Part shown: piece by piece, positions 1 through 9,505 of the stretch
Position numbering within the stretch: the first letter of the stretch is position 1
How the letters are laid out: each line of letters starts with the position of its first letter
NCBI GenBank assembly: GCA_040386535.1
Contig: JAZKFH010000015.1
Coordinates: forward strand, 1-64,000
Source: Myxococcota bacterium
GTDB lineage: Bacteria; Myxococcota_A; UBA796; SXON01
Reading direction: 5' to 3'
DNA length: 64,000 bases
Notes under the pieces: model-generated
Database searches by the model: none
What the model was told of the DNA's origin: nothing
Seen by the model: only the letters and a program-made list of their open reading frames with translations
Made by a program: the position numbers and the translations under genes

Positions 1-232
1 TGTCCGTATCGGTGTCCGTATCGGTGTCCGTATCGGTGTCCGTATCGGTGTCCGTGTCCGTGTCGGTGTCGGTGTCCGTGTCGGTGTCCGTGTCCGTGTC
101 CGTATCAGTGTCGGTGTCAGTGTCAGTATCGGTGTCGGTGTCCGTCTCGGCGCCGGTGTCCTTCGCGTCGGTGGAGGAGGTGCAGCCGACGGAGAGGAGG
201 GTGAGGGCGAGCAGGGGGGCCAGGCGGATCAT
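1..232 (-). CDS. Lipoprotein with (Asp-Thr)n linker, partial (runs off window start)
   Basis: Reverse strand from ATG at 232 reads MIRLAPLLALTLLSVGC-TSSTDAKDTGAETDTDTDT...; lipobox followed by DT repeats; sigma54 motif upstream. The + strand SVSV ORF is its shadow. Confidence 0.8.
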   Translation of the reverse strand, partial: MIRLAPLLALTLLSVGCTSSTDAKDTGAETDTDTDTDTDTDTDTDTDTDTDTDTDTDTDTDTDTDTDTDTDTDTDTD

Positions 233-261
233 GGGGGACTCCAGGGTTCGGCAAGGTGGCA

Positions 262-277
262 AGCAAGACCCGTGCCT
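262..277 (-). promoter_or_regulatory. sigma54 (-24/-12) promoter
   Basis: Reverse strand AGGCACGGGTCTTGCT, GG-N10-GC spacing, ~30 bp upstream of ATG 232. Confidence 0.65.
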
Positions 278-505
278 ATATCACTCCGGGGGTGCGCTCC
301 GCCGGCGCCGGATGCCGGCGGGCACGGGCAGATCGACGCGCAACGGGATGTCCACGGGGGCGCGGTCGGCGCCGCTCGGGGCGCCGAGGCACCGCGCCCC
401 GCGCCGGTCGCCCAAACGGATCAAGGCCGAGGACGCATTGCCGTCGGGCGTAAGCTGACACCTCCAATACAAGGGCGGGGACGGCGGCGCGGCGAGCATC
501 GGGTC

Positions 506-539
506 GACGCGCTTACGATCGGCTGTCGGACGCGCTTAC
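506..539. repeat. Direct repeat GACGCGCTTAC x2 (23-bp period), candidate regulator-binding sites
   Basis: Copies at 506-516 and 529-539; partial inverted copy CGTAAGC near 449-455; lies in the divergent intergenic region. Confidence 0.5.
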
Positions 540-680
540 CGATGTCTGTCCGAGCCTCCGCGGGAGCCTGACCCCTGGTACTGTGCGTTCAGACCGAAAG
601 AGACAACTCGATCGGTCGCGCGACCAGCCCCCATGCAGTCCGTCGTCGCGCCCACGCCAAAGACCGCCAGGGAGGTTGCC

Positions 681-1808
<1,128 letters not shown>

Positions 1809-1892
1809 CGCGCCGCGCACGGTCGAGATCGCGCACCGGCGCGGTTTCGATCGCGCGCCCATCGTGGGCGCCCGGCTCCTGGCGGACCTCGG

Positions 1893-2669
1893 CTACGCGG
1901 GGTTCGCCGACACCCGCCCCGTCCCCGAGATCAGCGCCCACCCCACCGCGGTGAACATCCAGTCGTAGTGGTGCAGCCCCATGAGCAGGGAGATGCCGAG
2001 GTGTATTGCCACGATCAGCACGGAGAGGGGCACGCGGGCGGCGGGGACGACGAAGAGCAGCGCTCCGCCCTCGATCAGGAGGGTGCCGATGCCGAGGGCC
2101 GCGCAGAGCGTCGGGGAGGCGGCCGCGGCGAGGCGTGCCGCGTGGAGGGGTTCGGGGGCGAAGTGGGCCTGCGTGGTGATCTGCATGGCGATGTTTCCCG
2201 CGCTCGCCCAGCCCGGCCCGGACGTGTAGAGCTTGGAGACGACCGCGACGGTGTAGCAGGCCGCGACGATGCCGCAGGCGGCCTCGATGCCGCGCCGCTC
2301 GCGTTCCGGGCCGCGCCGCACGGTGCGCCGCGCCAGCCACCAGGCCAGGAGCGCCGCGCCCGGGAGCATGGTGGCGCCGTTGACCCCCATGCGCGGCGGC
2401 GCCTGCCACGCCATCACCTGGGTGCCGAGCGCGAAGAGCAGGACGATAACGACGCTGGCGACATCCTCGGCGCGGCGGCGCTGGAAGGCGACGAACGCAG
2501 CCAGGAACACGAGGGTCGCCCCCGCGACCACGGCCGCGTTCATCGGCACCGCGTCGAGGCCGTAGGGGGCGTAGGGCATCCCGTCCACCCACAACACCTT
2601 GCCGAAGCTGGCCCAGGCCATGAGCAGGCCCAGCCCCACGCCGAATCGTCCCGCACGATCGCGCGTCAT
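1893..2669 (-). CDS. HTTM-domain-like multi-pass membrane protein
   Basis: ATG 2669 overlaps upstream stop; several TM helices; motifs Y..AVVSKL...GPGW, LLIEGG, IHLGISLLMGL typical of the HTTM/SdpB/VKD-carboxylase-like family. Confidence 0.6.
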   Translation of the reverse strand: MTRDRAGRFGVGLGLLMAWASFGKVLWVDGMPYAPYGLDAVPMNAAVVAGATLVFLAAFVAFQRRRAEDVASVVIVLLFALGTQVMAWQAPPRMGVNGATMLPGAALLAWWLARRTVRRGPERERRGIEAACGIVAACYTVAVVSKLYTSGPGWASAGNIAMQITTQAHFAPEPLHAARLAAAASPTLCAALGIGTLLIEGGALLFVVPAARVPLSVLIVAIHLGISLLMGLHHYDWMFTAVGWALISGTGRVSANPA

Positions 2670-3139
2670 GGGGCACGCCGGCGCGCGGTGCCCCGGCCAT
2701 CCACCCGGTCCTCGCGGGTGATCGTGCCGTCCGGCGCCCGCCTGAGCACCCGGAGGCCCACCACGACCTCGACGTCCCCGCCGCCGCCGGGGTGCGCCCC
2801 GATCCAGCGCTGCAGCTCGTGGAAGCTGTGCGCGACGACGCTCGGCAGCCCCTCGTGCTCGATGTCCACCGCCTCCGGGCCCACTCCGGCAAAGTCGACG
2901 AAGTCGGTGGCGTCGGCCCGCTCGCCGTCCGCGAGGAAGAGCGGCAACGCCATCACGCCGCCCGTGTCGGGGAAGGCGAACGCGGGGAACCGGATGAAGG
3001 GCACCCCGCCGCGGAGGGTGAAGGCGAGCGCGAGGTAGACGACGCAGCTGACGACGGCGCAGGCCGACCCCCAGCGCTTCCACAACATCGCTGGCATCGA
3101 GGGCGGCGGGGGATCGGAGTGCACGAGGGTCGGGCGCAT
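2666..3139 (-). CDS. Membrane-anchored hypothetical protein, partner of the HTTM gene
   Basis: N-terminal TM segment followed by PFIRFPAF; stop overlaps next ATG (ATGA coupling); start could also be a downstream Met. Confidence 0.6.
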   Translation of the reverse strand: MRPTLVHSDPPPPSMPAMLWKRWGSACAVVSCVVYLALAFTLRGGVPFIRFPAFAFPDTGGVMALPLFLADGERADATDFVDFAGVGPEAVDIEHEGLPSVVAHSFHELQRWIGAHPGGGGDVEVVVGLRVLRRAPDGTITREDRVDGRGTARRRAP

Positions 3140-3201
3140 GCGGTCCTGGCGACGTGAGCGTCCAGGGTAGCACCGGCGCGTGGAGGGTCAGCCAGCCGCC
3201 G

Positions 3202-3801
3202 TCAGCGCCCGAACCGATGCCCCGAGATGCTCAACTCCAGGACCTCCCCGTCGGCCTCGTGCCGGATGCGTCCCGCGTCGATATCGACGTCGATCGTTCC
3301 GTCGCCGTCGCCCTCGTGTTCGTCCAGCATCCGAACCAGCTGCCCATCCGCGCCGATGTCGCACACGATCCAGGAGGGGCCGGCCTCGGAGCCGTAGAGG
3401 CCGACGCCGCCGCAGGCGAAGTAGCCACGGCAGAGGGGGCCTTCGTGCAGTCCAGAGACGACCAATTCGCAAGTGTCACCCGGCCGCGGGCCCACCCCCG
3501 GCGCGCCGCGCGTGACCCGGGCGGTGAACCGCTCCGGCCGGTAGGGAACATCCCTGCAGATCGACTCGGAATACCCGAGCTTCCGACACGATTGCGCGCG
3601 CAGCCCGGCCGCCGCCACGGGATCGCGGTCGACACCGACGCCGTCCTCGTGCGCCCTCGCCAGGGCGGCGCACCCCCAGTGGACCGCCTCCGTGCAGGTC
3701 TGGCGGAGCAGCCCGATGCCGCGCGCGAGGTCACGTACGCCGCCGTCGCCTTCCCAACCGAACGCGGAGCCGGCGGTCGTGGGGAACGCGTACGAGCGCA
3801 C
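3202..3801 (-). pseudogene. Sel1-like (Hcp-type, Cys-containing) repeat protein, probably 5'-truncated
   Basis: DLARGIGLLRQTC...GCAALARAHEDGVGVDRDPVAAAGLRAQSC matches a Sel1/Hcp repeat; no signal peptide or good RBS; only the 3' part of the long ORF looks protein-like. Confidence 0.45.
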
Positions 3802-3840
3802 GGTCGCCCACGGGATACCCTGCTCGGAAAGAGCGCCGCC

Positions 3841-4323
3841 GTGCGCACCACGTTCGACGAGGGCCGCTACGACGAGGCGCTCGTGCTCATGGCCCGGAGC
3901 CCCGTTGCCGCGCTCGGGAAGACCCTGGACCTCACCTACGAGCACGCGGCGGAGACCGCGTGGCTGCCGAAGCCGGTGCTGGTGGACGTTGCCACCTGGA
4001 CCGTCGCGAAGACACAGGGCGTGGCGAAGGGCGGCGTGCAGGCCGTGCCGACGCCGAAGATCGACGCGCTGGCCGACGTGGTCCGGTACCGGGCGGATGT
4101 CGCGGTGCCCGACGCCTCGGTCGCGGCCGGCGCTCTGGAGGGCTACCGGGCCGCGCTCGCTCGGGTGCTCGAGGGGCTCGACGAATACAAGCCGCTCACG
4201 ACGGCGAACGAGCCGCACCGATCCATGCTCGGGTTCAAGAACGAGCTCGGGGACATGGTGTTGGCGGAGCTGAAGCTCGCGACCGCGCGCAAGGCCGCCG
4301 TCGCCCAGCTGCACGCCGGCTGA
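3841..4323 (+). CDS. Hypothetical helical protein, possibly a 5'-truncated fragment
   Basis: Strong GC3 codon bias and protein-like composition only from ~3811 onward in ORF 3154..4323. Confidence 0.45.
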   Translation: MRTTFDEGRYDEALVLMARSPVAALGKTLDLTYEHAAETAWLPKPVLVDVATWTVAKTQGVAKGGVQAVPTPKIDALADVVRYRADVAVPDASVAAGALEGYRAALARVLEGLDEYKPLTTANEPHRSMLGFKNELGDMVLAELKLATARKAAVAQLHAG

Positions 4324-4339
4324 GAGGGAGGGCCACCCC

Positions 4340-6409
4340 CTACTTCTTCCCCTTCGCCGCTTTCCGCTTCTCCTTCTCCGCGGCCGCCGCCTCTCGCTTC
4401 GCCGCTCGCTTGGCCTTGGCGGCGGCGGTCTCCTTCGCGGAGAACTGGCGGAGGTTCTTGCCGAAGAGCCGCATGCCCATGCGGTCGTCGGTCTGGATGT
4501 CCTCGGCCTTCGTCACGACGCCCTTGTTCGACACCATCGCCTCGCGGACGCCGCTCTGGGCGAGCCGGGCGTAGAACCAGCGCTTCGCGTCGATGGTCTG
4601 GACGTCGTAGCGCTCGCCCGCAAGGTGGGTGGCGACGCCGAAGATGCCGAGGCGGGCGAACAGGTACGCGTCCGTGCGGGAGCGGGCCTGCCTGAGGTGG
4701 AGGTGGAGCTCGGCCTCGGGGGCGTGGATGTGCAGGTGGTCGACCGAGAGCGTCGTATCGCCCACGGACGCGCGCACCTCGCCCTCGAGGTTCTTGAGGC
4801 GGACGAGCTCGTCGATCCACGGCGCCACCTTCCGCTCCCCCACCGCGATGCGCAGGAAGGGCGACGAGTCGGAGCAGGAGAAGTCCGAGCGGGTGGTGAG
4901 GTAGGTGTCCTCCTCGGTCGAGACGCGCCCCTGCCGCACGTCCAGCCGCGCCGACCAGTTCGGGTCCTTGCCGTCGACAGAGACGTGGTCCACGGCGAAC
5001 GAGGTGCCGCCGATGTCGTAGCGCCCCTCGTCGAGCAGGCCGCTCACGACGCGCCCGACGATGCGCGCCCGGCCGGAGATGGGGATGCGGGTGTAGGAGA
5101 GCCGGGCCTCGGGCACGTCGATCGTGAAGCCGCCGGAGACGTGGTTTCCGTCCTCCTCGATGCGCGCCTGGCCGGAGACGACCGCCCGACCGCCCGTGAC
5201 GCGCAGCCCGATGTCGGGGAGGTAGCGGTCGAAGCTCTTGAGGTTGGGCACGTCCGAACGGGGGAGCGTCGCGACGGCGGTGAAGCCGGACGGCGGCTCG
5301 TCGAGTCGTAACGCAGCCGTGGTTGCGTCGAGGCGGAACCCGCGGCCGCGGATCAGCGGGGCGCCGCTGCCCTGCCGCACGGAGAAGGTCTCCAGGACGA
5401 GAGCGAAATGTGCCAGGCGGTCGAGCGTGATCTGGACGCCCCCGTCGCCGAGGGCGACGTAGGTGCCGACGCGCACGGAGAGGTCGGCGACGACGGCGCG
5501 CGCGAACGAAGCGGGGCCGAGCACCCCGTCCTGGACGTCGAGGAAGGCGTCGAGGCGCCCGCTCCCGCCCTCGATGCCCACCCACGGGGCGTCGCGCAGG
5601 AAGATGTCGACATAGCGCAGATCGTCCACGTGCCCGCCCAGGCGGATCGTGGCGTCGAGGCGGCGGAGCATGCCCGTGCCGGCGTCCGTGACCGGGTCGA
5701 CCCCCTCGAGCCCGCCCTCCACCTCCAGGGTCAGGTCGGAGACGAGCGGGATGCCGTCCACGTAGATCTCGCCCTCGAGCACCTCGGCGGTCACGGTGGA
5801 GAGATCCAGCGAGGCGCCCGGCATCACGATGATCTCCCCGCCGAGCTGGGCCGTGCCGAGGAAGCGGTAGTCCCCCAGCCACATCTCGCGGATGTTCTCG
5901 ACCTCCACGCCGTCCAGGGCGATCAGCCAGGGCGCGACCGGTGGCGGGTAGATCTCCTCCGGGGGGGAGAGCGGCGGGTTCTCCAGGCCCGGGATGGGCG
6001 CGGTCACGCCCTCGACGTAGGTGGGCGGGGAGCGCCCCGGGATCGCGGGCTGGTCCACGCGGCTGCGGTAGTGCAACACGACGCCGTCGCCGTGAACGTC
6101 GTCGGCCTGGAAGCGGCGCTCGAGCAGGGCGCGGAGGCCGACCGTGAGCGTGGCGCGGTCGACCGTGAGCCACCACTGATCGAGCGGGCCCTGAACGCGG
6201 AGCTCGAAGCCCTCGACGTACACGTCGCGCGCGTTCCACGTCCACGCGTACGACCAGTTCATCTGCAGGCGCTCGGGCTGCCGGTTGAGCAGCGTCTCGA
6301 GCCCCGTGTTCAGGAACAGGTTGAGGCCGAGGAGGAGGGCCACCGCCGCCGCGACCAGGAAGCCCGCGAGCGCGACCAGGCGGGCGAGGACAGGGGGGAC
6401 GCGGTGCAC
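4340..6409 (-). CDS. Membrane-anchored beta-rich periplasmic protein (AsmA/DUF748-like)
   Basis: 689 aa; single N-terminal TM anchor followed by alternating-hydrophobic beta strands; Lys/Ala-rich tail. Confidence 0.6.
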   Translation of the reverse strand: MHRVPPVLARLVALAGFLVAAAVALLLGLNLFLNTGLETLLNRQPERLQMNWSYAWTWNARDVYVEGFELRVQGPLDQWWLTVDRATLTVGLRALLERRFQADDVHGDGVVLHYRSRVDQPAIPGRSPPTYVEGVTAPIPGLENPPLSPPEEIYPPPVAPWLIALDGVEVENIREMWLGDYRFLGTAQLGGEIIVMPGASLDLSTVTAEVLEGEIYVDGIPLVSDLTLEVEGGLEGVDPVTDAGTGMLRRLDATIRLGGHVDDLRYVDIFLRDAPWVGIEGGSGRLDAFLDVQDGVLGPASFARAVVADLSVRVGTYVALGDGGVQITLDRLAHFALVLETFSVRQGSGAPLIRGRGFRLDATTAALRLDEPPSGFTAVATLPRSDVPNLKSFDRYLPDIGLRVTGGRAVVSGQARIEEDGNHVSGGFTIDVPEARLSYTRIPISGRARIVGRVVSGLLDEGRYDIGGTSFAVDHVSVDGKDPNWSARLDVRQGRVSTEEDTYLTTRSDFSCSDSSPFLRIAVGERKVAPWIDELVRLKNLEGEVRASVGDTTLSVDHLHIHAPEAELHLHLRQARSRTDAYLFARLGIFGVATHLAGERYDVQTIDAKRWFYARLAQSGVREAMVSNKGVVTKAEDIQTDDRMGMRLFGKNLRQFSAKETAAAKAKRAAKREAAAAEKEKRKAAKGKK

Positions 6410-6622
6410 CGAGACGACCTATCGGGTGATCGCCTGCCTGACCCAGTGAAACCCGCGGAGCCCATGGGTTGGCCCACACGAAGGGGCGTGCAAAAGCACA
6501 CAGGCCCGCCTCGACGACGCCCCTCACGGCGTTCGTTCCTCCACCGGGACGACGCGCTCCACTACGGCGCCGCCACCGCCGACGTGCTCGAGATGGGCCT
6601 CGGCGTTCGGACCGGCACCAGA

Positions 6623-6638
6623 TGGCATGCGCCTTGCT
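6623..6638 (+). promoter_or_regulatory. sigma54 promoter
   Basis: TGGCATGCGCCTTGCT, near consensus, 60 bp upstream of the SDR start. Confidence 0.7.
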
Positions 6639-6698
6639 TTGAGCACGAAGTCCTGGGCGAGCGCGCACCGTGCTCGCCACGACGCAAGGAGCCCCCCG

Positions 6699-7451
6699 AT
6701 GACCCGATTCCAGGAAAAGCGCGCCCTCATCACCGGAGCTGCCGGAGGGATTGGCGCCGCGACCGCTCGACGGTTGGTCGCCGAGGGGGCCCGTGTGTTC
6801 CTCGTGGACCGCGACCCCGCTGTGGCCGAGGTCGCCAGCGAGCTCGGAGCCGGCTGGGCCGTGGCCGACGTGAGCGACGAGGCGGACACGCGGGCCTTCA
6901 TCGCACGCGCGGTGGAAGCGCTCGGAGGCCTCGACATCTACGTCGCGAACGCGGGCACCGAAGGGCAGGTCCACCCGCTCGTCGAGACCGAGCAGGTCGA
7001 CTTCGATCGGGTGCTCGCCGTCAACGTCCGCGGCGTCATGCTCGGCATCAAGTACGGGGTGCCCCACCTGCTCGCGACCCGAGGCAACCTGGTCGCCACC
7101 GCGTCGATCGCCGGCCTCATCGGCTCCGCGGGCCTGGGCCCGTACGTCGCGTCGAAACATGCCGTGCTCGGCCTCGTGAAGACCGCGGCGGTCGAGTACG
7201 GCCCGAGCGGCGTCCGTGTCAACGCCGTCTGCCCGGGCCCCATCGAGAACCGGATGATGCGGTCGATCGAGGCCCAAGCGTCACCGAACGCGCCCGACGC
7301 CGTGCACGAGGGCTTCGCCCGCCTCATCCCGCTCGGCCGATACGGCACCAACGAGGAGATCGCGTCCGCGATCGCTTTTCTCGCGTCTTCCGACGCGAGC
7401 TACTGCTCGGGCACGGCCCTGCCGGTCGACGGCGGCTTCGTGGCCGCCTGA
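6699..7451 (+). CDS. SDR family NAD(P)-dependent oxidoreductase
   Basis: AAGGAG RBS; TGAAGGIG, ANAG, catalytic YVASK, RVNAVCPG, VDGG. Confidence 0.95.
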   Translation: MTRFQEKRALITGAAGGIGAATARRLVAEGARVFLVDRDPAVAEVASELGAGWAVADVSDEADTRAFIARAVEALGGLDIYVANAGTEGQVHPLVETEQVDFDRVLAVNVRGVMLGIKYGVPHLLATRGNLVATASIAGLIGSAGLGPYVASKHAVLGLVKTAAVEYGPSGVRVNAVCPGPIENRMMRSIEAQASPNAPDAVHEGFARLIPLGRYGTNEEIASAIAFLASSDASYCSGTALPVDGGFVAA

Positions 7452-7585
7452 CATGACCGGCGCCGGCGGACACGACGCCGCCGCGTCGGAGGCGCCCGTC
7501 CTCCGCTCGCGATTACCGAGCCCTTACCGTGCAGTAGCTTCCTGGGAGCCGCGGTTTATTCCCGCTCTGTCTCCAGGGTGTCGGA

Positions 7586-8644
7586 ATGTTTCGAAGTCGC
7601 CGAGGAAACGCCCTCGCCTCCACGATGCTCCTGCTGACGCTCGCCGGCTTCGCCGCCCTGGTGGTGGACATCGGGTACGCCCGCACGGTCCACTACCAGC
7701 TCGAGGCCGCTGCGGACGCGGCCGTCCATGCCGGCGCCGCCTACCTCGACGGCACGGATGCCGGCTTGGACAGCGCGCGGGACAGCGCGATGGCGGCGGC
7801 GGCTGCCAACCAGGCGAACGGCGCCCCGGTCGTGCTCACGGAAGCGGACGTGGTCACCGGCATCTGGAACGGTGACACGTTCACGGCGAGCACGTCCGCG
7901 GAGATCGTGAACGCCCTCCGGGTGACCGCCCGGGTCGAGGGCCTCTCGGCGTTCTTCGGGCAGGTGGCGTTCGGCATCGACGAGCTCAACACGAGCGCGA
8001 CCGCTACGTCCGTCATGCCGAGCACGACGATGCCCGGGTCGGTAAATTGTTTCCTGCCGTTCTCCGTCCCGCTCTGCGCCTTGCAGGCGCACCCGGCGGG
8101 GACGTTGGCGAGCATCGACTTCCAATTCAGCGCGGCTGGTGAGGACGACTCGGCGTGGGGCACCCTGTTCGCAAACCCCTCGGCGACCCAGATCCGGGGC
8201 TACCTCAACAACTGTGAGTCTCAGGGTTCGGCCCGGGTGGGGGACCCCGTGAACGTGAACAATGGCGAGATCGCTTCGGGACTCCAGGAGATCGGCAACG
8301 TGATCGGGAGGTCCACGACGCGCTGGGACCCGGTGACGCTGGGAGCTCTCCCCCAACGAGTCACCGGCAGTGCGGTGGCACAGAGCGCCTACGGACGGAC
8401 GCTCGAGGGCCCCATCCTGGTGTTCGACCAGGGCGATGTGCCCTGCGGCAGCATCAACTATGTTCAGAGTTACGAGCTCGTCGGGTTCGCCTGGGGCGTC
8501 GTGTACGACGTTCGCGCGGGCGGCAGCAACAAGACGGTGAAGCTGCGGATCAACAACAACGTCTCGATGAACTACGGCACGTCGGGCGGCGGCGGTGTGG
8601 ACGCCGGCGTGGTGTACCAGCCTGCCGCCATGGTGGTCCAATGA
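7586..8644 (+). CDS. TadG-like Flp pilus minor pilin/adhesin
   Basis: RRG|N prepilin-like start, TM segment, VDIGYAR...QLEAAADAAVHAGA Tad motif. Confidence 0.85.
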   Translation: MFRSRRGNALASTMLLLTLAGFAALVVDIGYARTVHYQLEAAADAAVHAGAAYLDGTDAGLDSARDSAMAAAAANQANGAPVVLTEADVVTGIWNGDTFTASTSAEIVNALRVTARVEGLSAFFGQVAFGIDELNTSATATSVMPSTTMPGSVNCFLPFSVPLCALQAHPAGTLASIDFQFSAAGEDDSAWGTLFANPSATQIRGYLNNCESQGSARVGDPVNVNNGEIASGLQEIGNVIGRSTTRWDPVTLGALPQRVTGSAVAQSAYGRTLEGPILVFDQGDVPCGSINYVQSYELVGFAWGVVYDVRAGGSNKTVKLRINNNVSMNYGTSGGGGVDAGVVYQPAAMVVQ

Positions 8645-9048
8645 ACCCGCGGCGCCGGTGGTTTGGTCGAAAGGGCACCTACGCGACCGAGTTCGCGCTC
8701 GTCCTGCCGGTCTTCGTCGCGCTCGGCGGGGGCGTGATGGACTGGGGTTGGTACTTCACGCAGGAATACAAGGTCCAGGCCGCGGCCAAGGTGTGCGCGC
8801 GGACGGGCGTGGCCACGGATCAGGCCGACAGCCCCGCCGACGCCGCCGAGGCCGCGGGCGCCGACGCGCTCACCGAAGCAGGAATCAGCGAGAGCGCCGC
8901 CCTCGTGGTCGCGAACACCGGGGGCGCCGCGCCGCAGGAGATGCTCACGTGCGAGGTGACCGTGCCGTTCTCCGCGCTCGTCGGGTTGGTGCCGACGCTC
9001 CCGTCGCTCCACGCGGTCGTCGCCATGCGGATGGAGGAGCAGCCATGA
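8641..9048 (+). CDS. TadE-like pseudopilin
   Basis: RKG|TYATEFALVLP prepilin motif; ATGA overlap with upstream gene. Confidence 0.9.
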   Translation: MNPRRRWFGRKGTYATEFALVLPVFVALGGGVMDWGWYFTQEYKVQAAAKVCARTGVATDQADSPADAAEAAGADALTEAGISESAALVVANTGGAAPQEMLTCEVTVPFSALVGLVPTLPSLHAVVAMRMEEQP

Positions 9049-9482
9049 ACGTTACACCGGTCCTGCTGAAACATCGTGACCGCGGCGGCGCTGCGGCCAT
9101 CGAGTTCGCGCTCGTGCTCCCCGTCTTCCTCGCGTTCATCACCGGGGTGGTCGACTACTCCTACTACTACTCGCGGGAAGCGAGCTTCCGTCACGTCGTC
9201 CACCGCGCCGCCCGCGTCGCGGCCTACACGAGCCTCGAGGACAATCCACAGGAGGTCTTCGAGACCGCGCTGGTGTCCGGCCTCGAGACCGCGGGCTTCA
9301 GCGGCGGGTCCTCCGTCTCCGCGAGCGCCACGGTCGTCGGCACCGCCGGCGAGCGGTTCCTCGAGATCGCGGCGTCCCTGCCGTGGGACGGGCTCACGGG
9401 GCTCGCGCCGCAGCCTGGCGCCCTGCAGCTCCGATCCCGCCCCCGCATGGAGGACCAGGAGTTCTTCGACACGGGCGGCTGA
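9045..9482 (+). CDS. TadE-like pseudopilin
   Basis: RGG|AAAIEFALVLP ... AAR motif; ATGA overlap at 9045-9048. Confidence 0.9.
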   Translation: MNVTPVLLKHRDRGGAAAIEFALVLPVFLAFITGVVDYSYYYSREASFRHVVHRAARVAAYTSLEDNPQEVFETALVSGLETAGFSGGSSVSASATVVGTAGERFLEIAASLPWDGLTGLAPQPGALQLRSRPRMEDQEFFDTGG

Positions 9483-9505
9483 TCACGCGCCGGACGACGC
9501 CTGCA

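Noticed and set aside
6520..6615. Protein-like stretch (SFLHRDDALHYGAATADVLEMGLGVR) in the intergenic region
   Set aside because: No start or RBS and too short; at most an unidentifiable remnant
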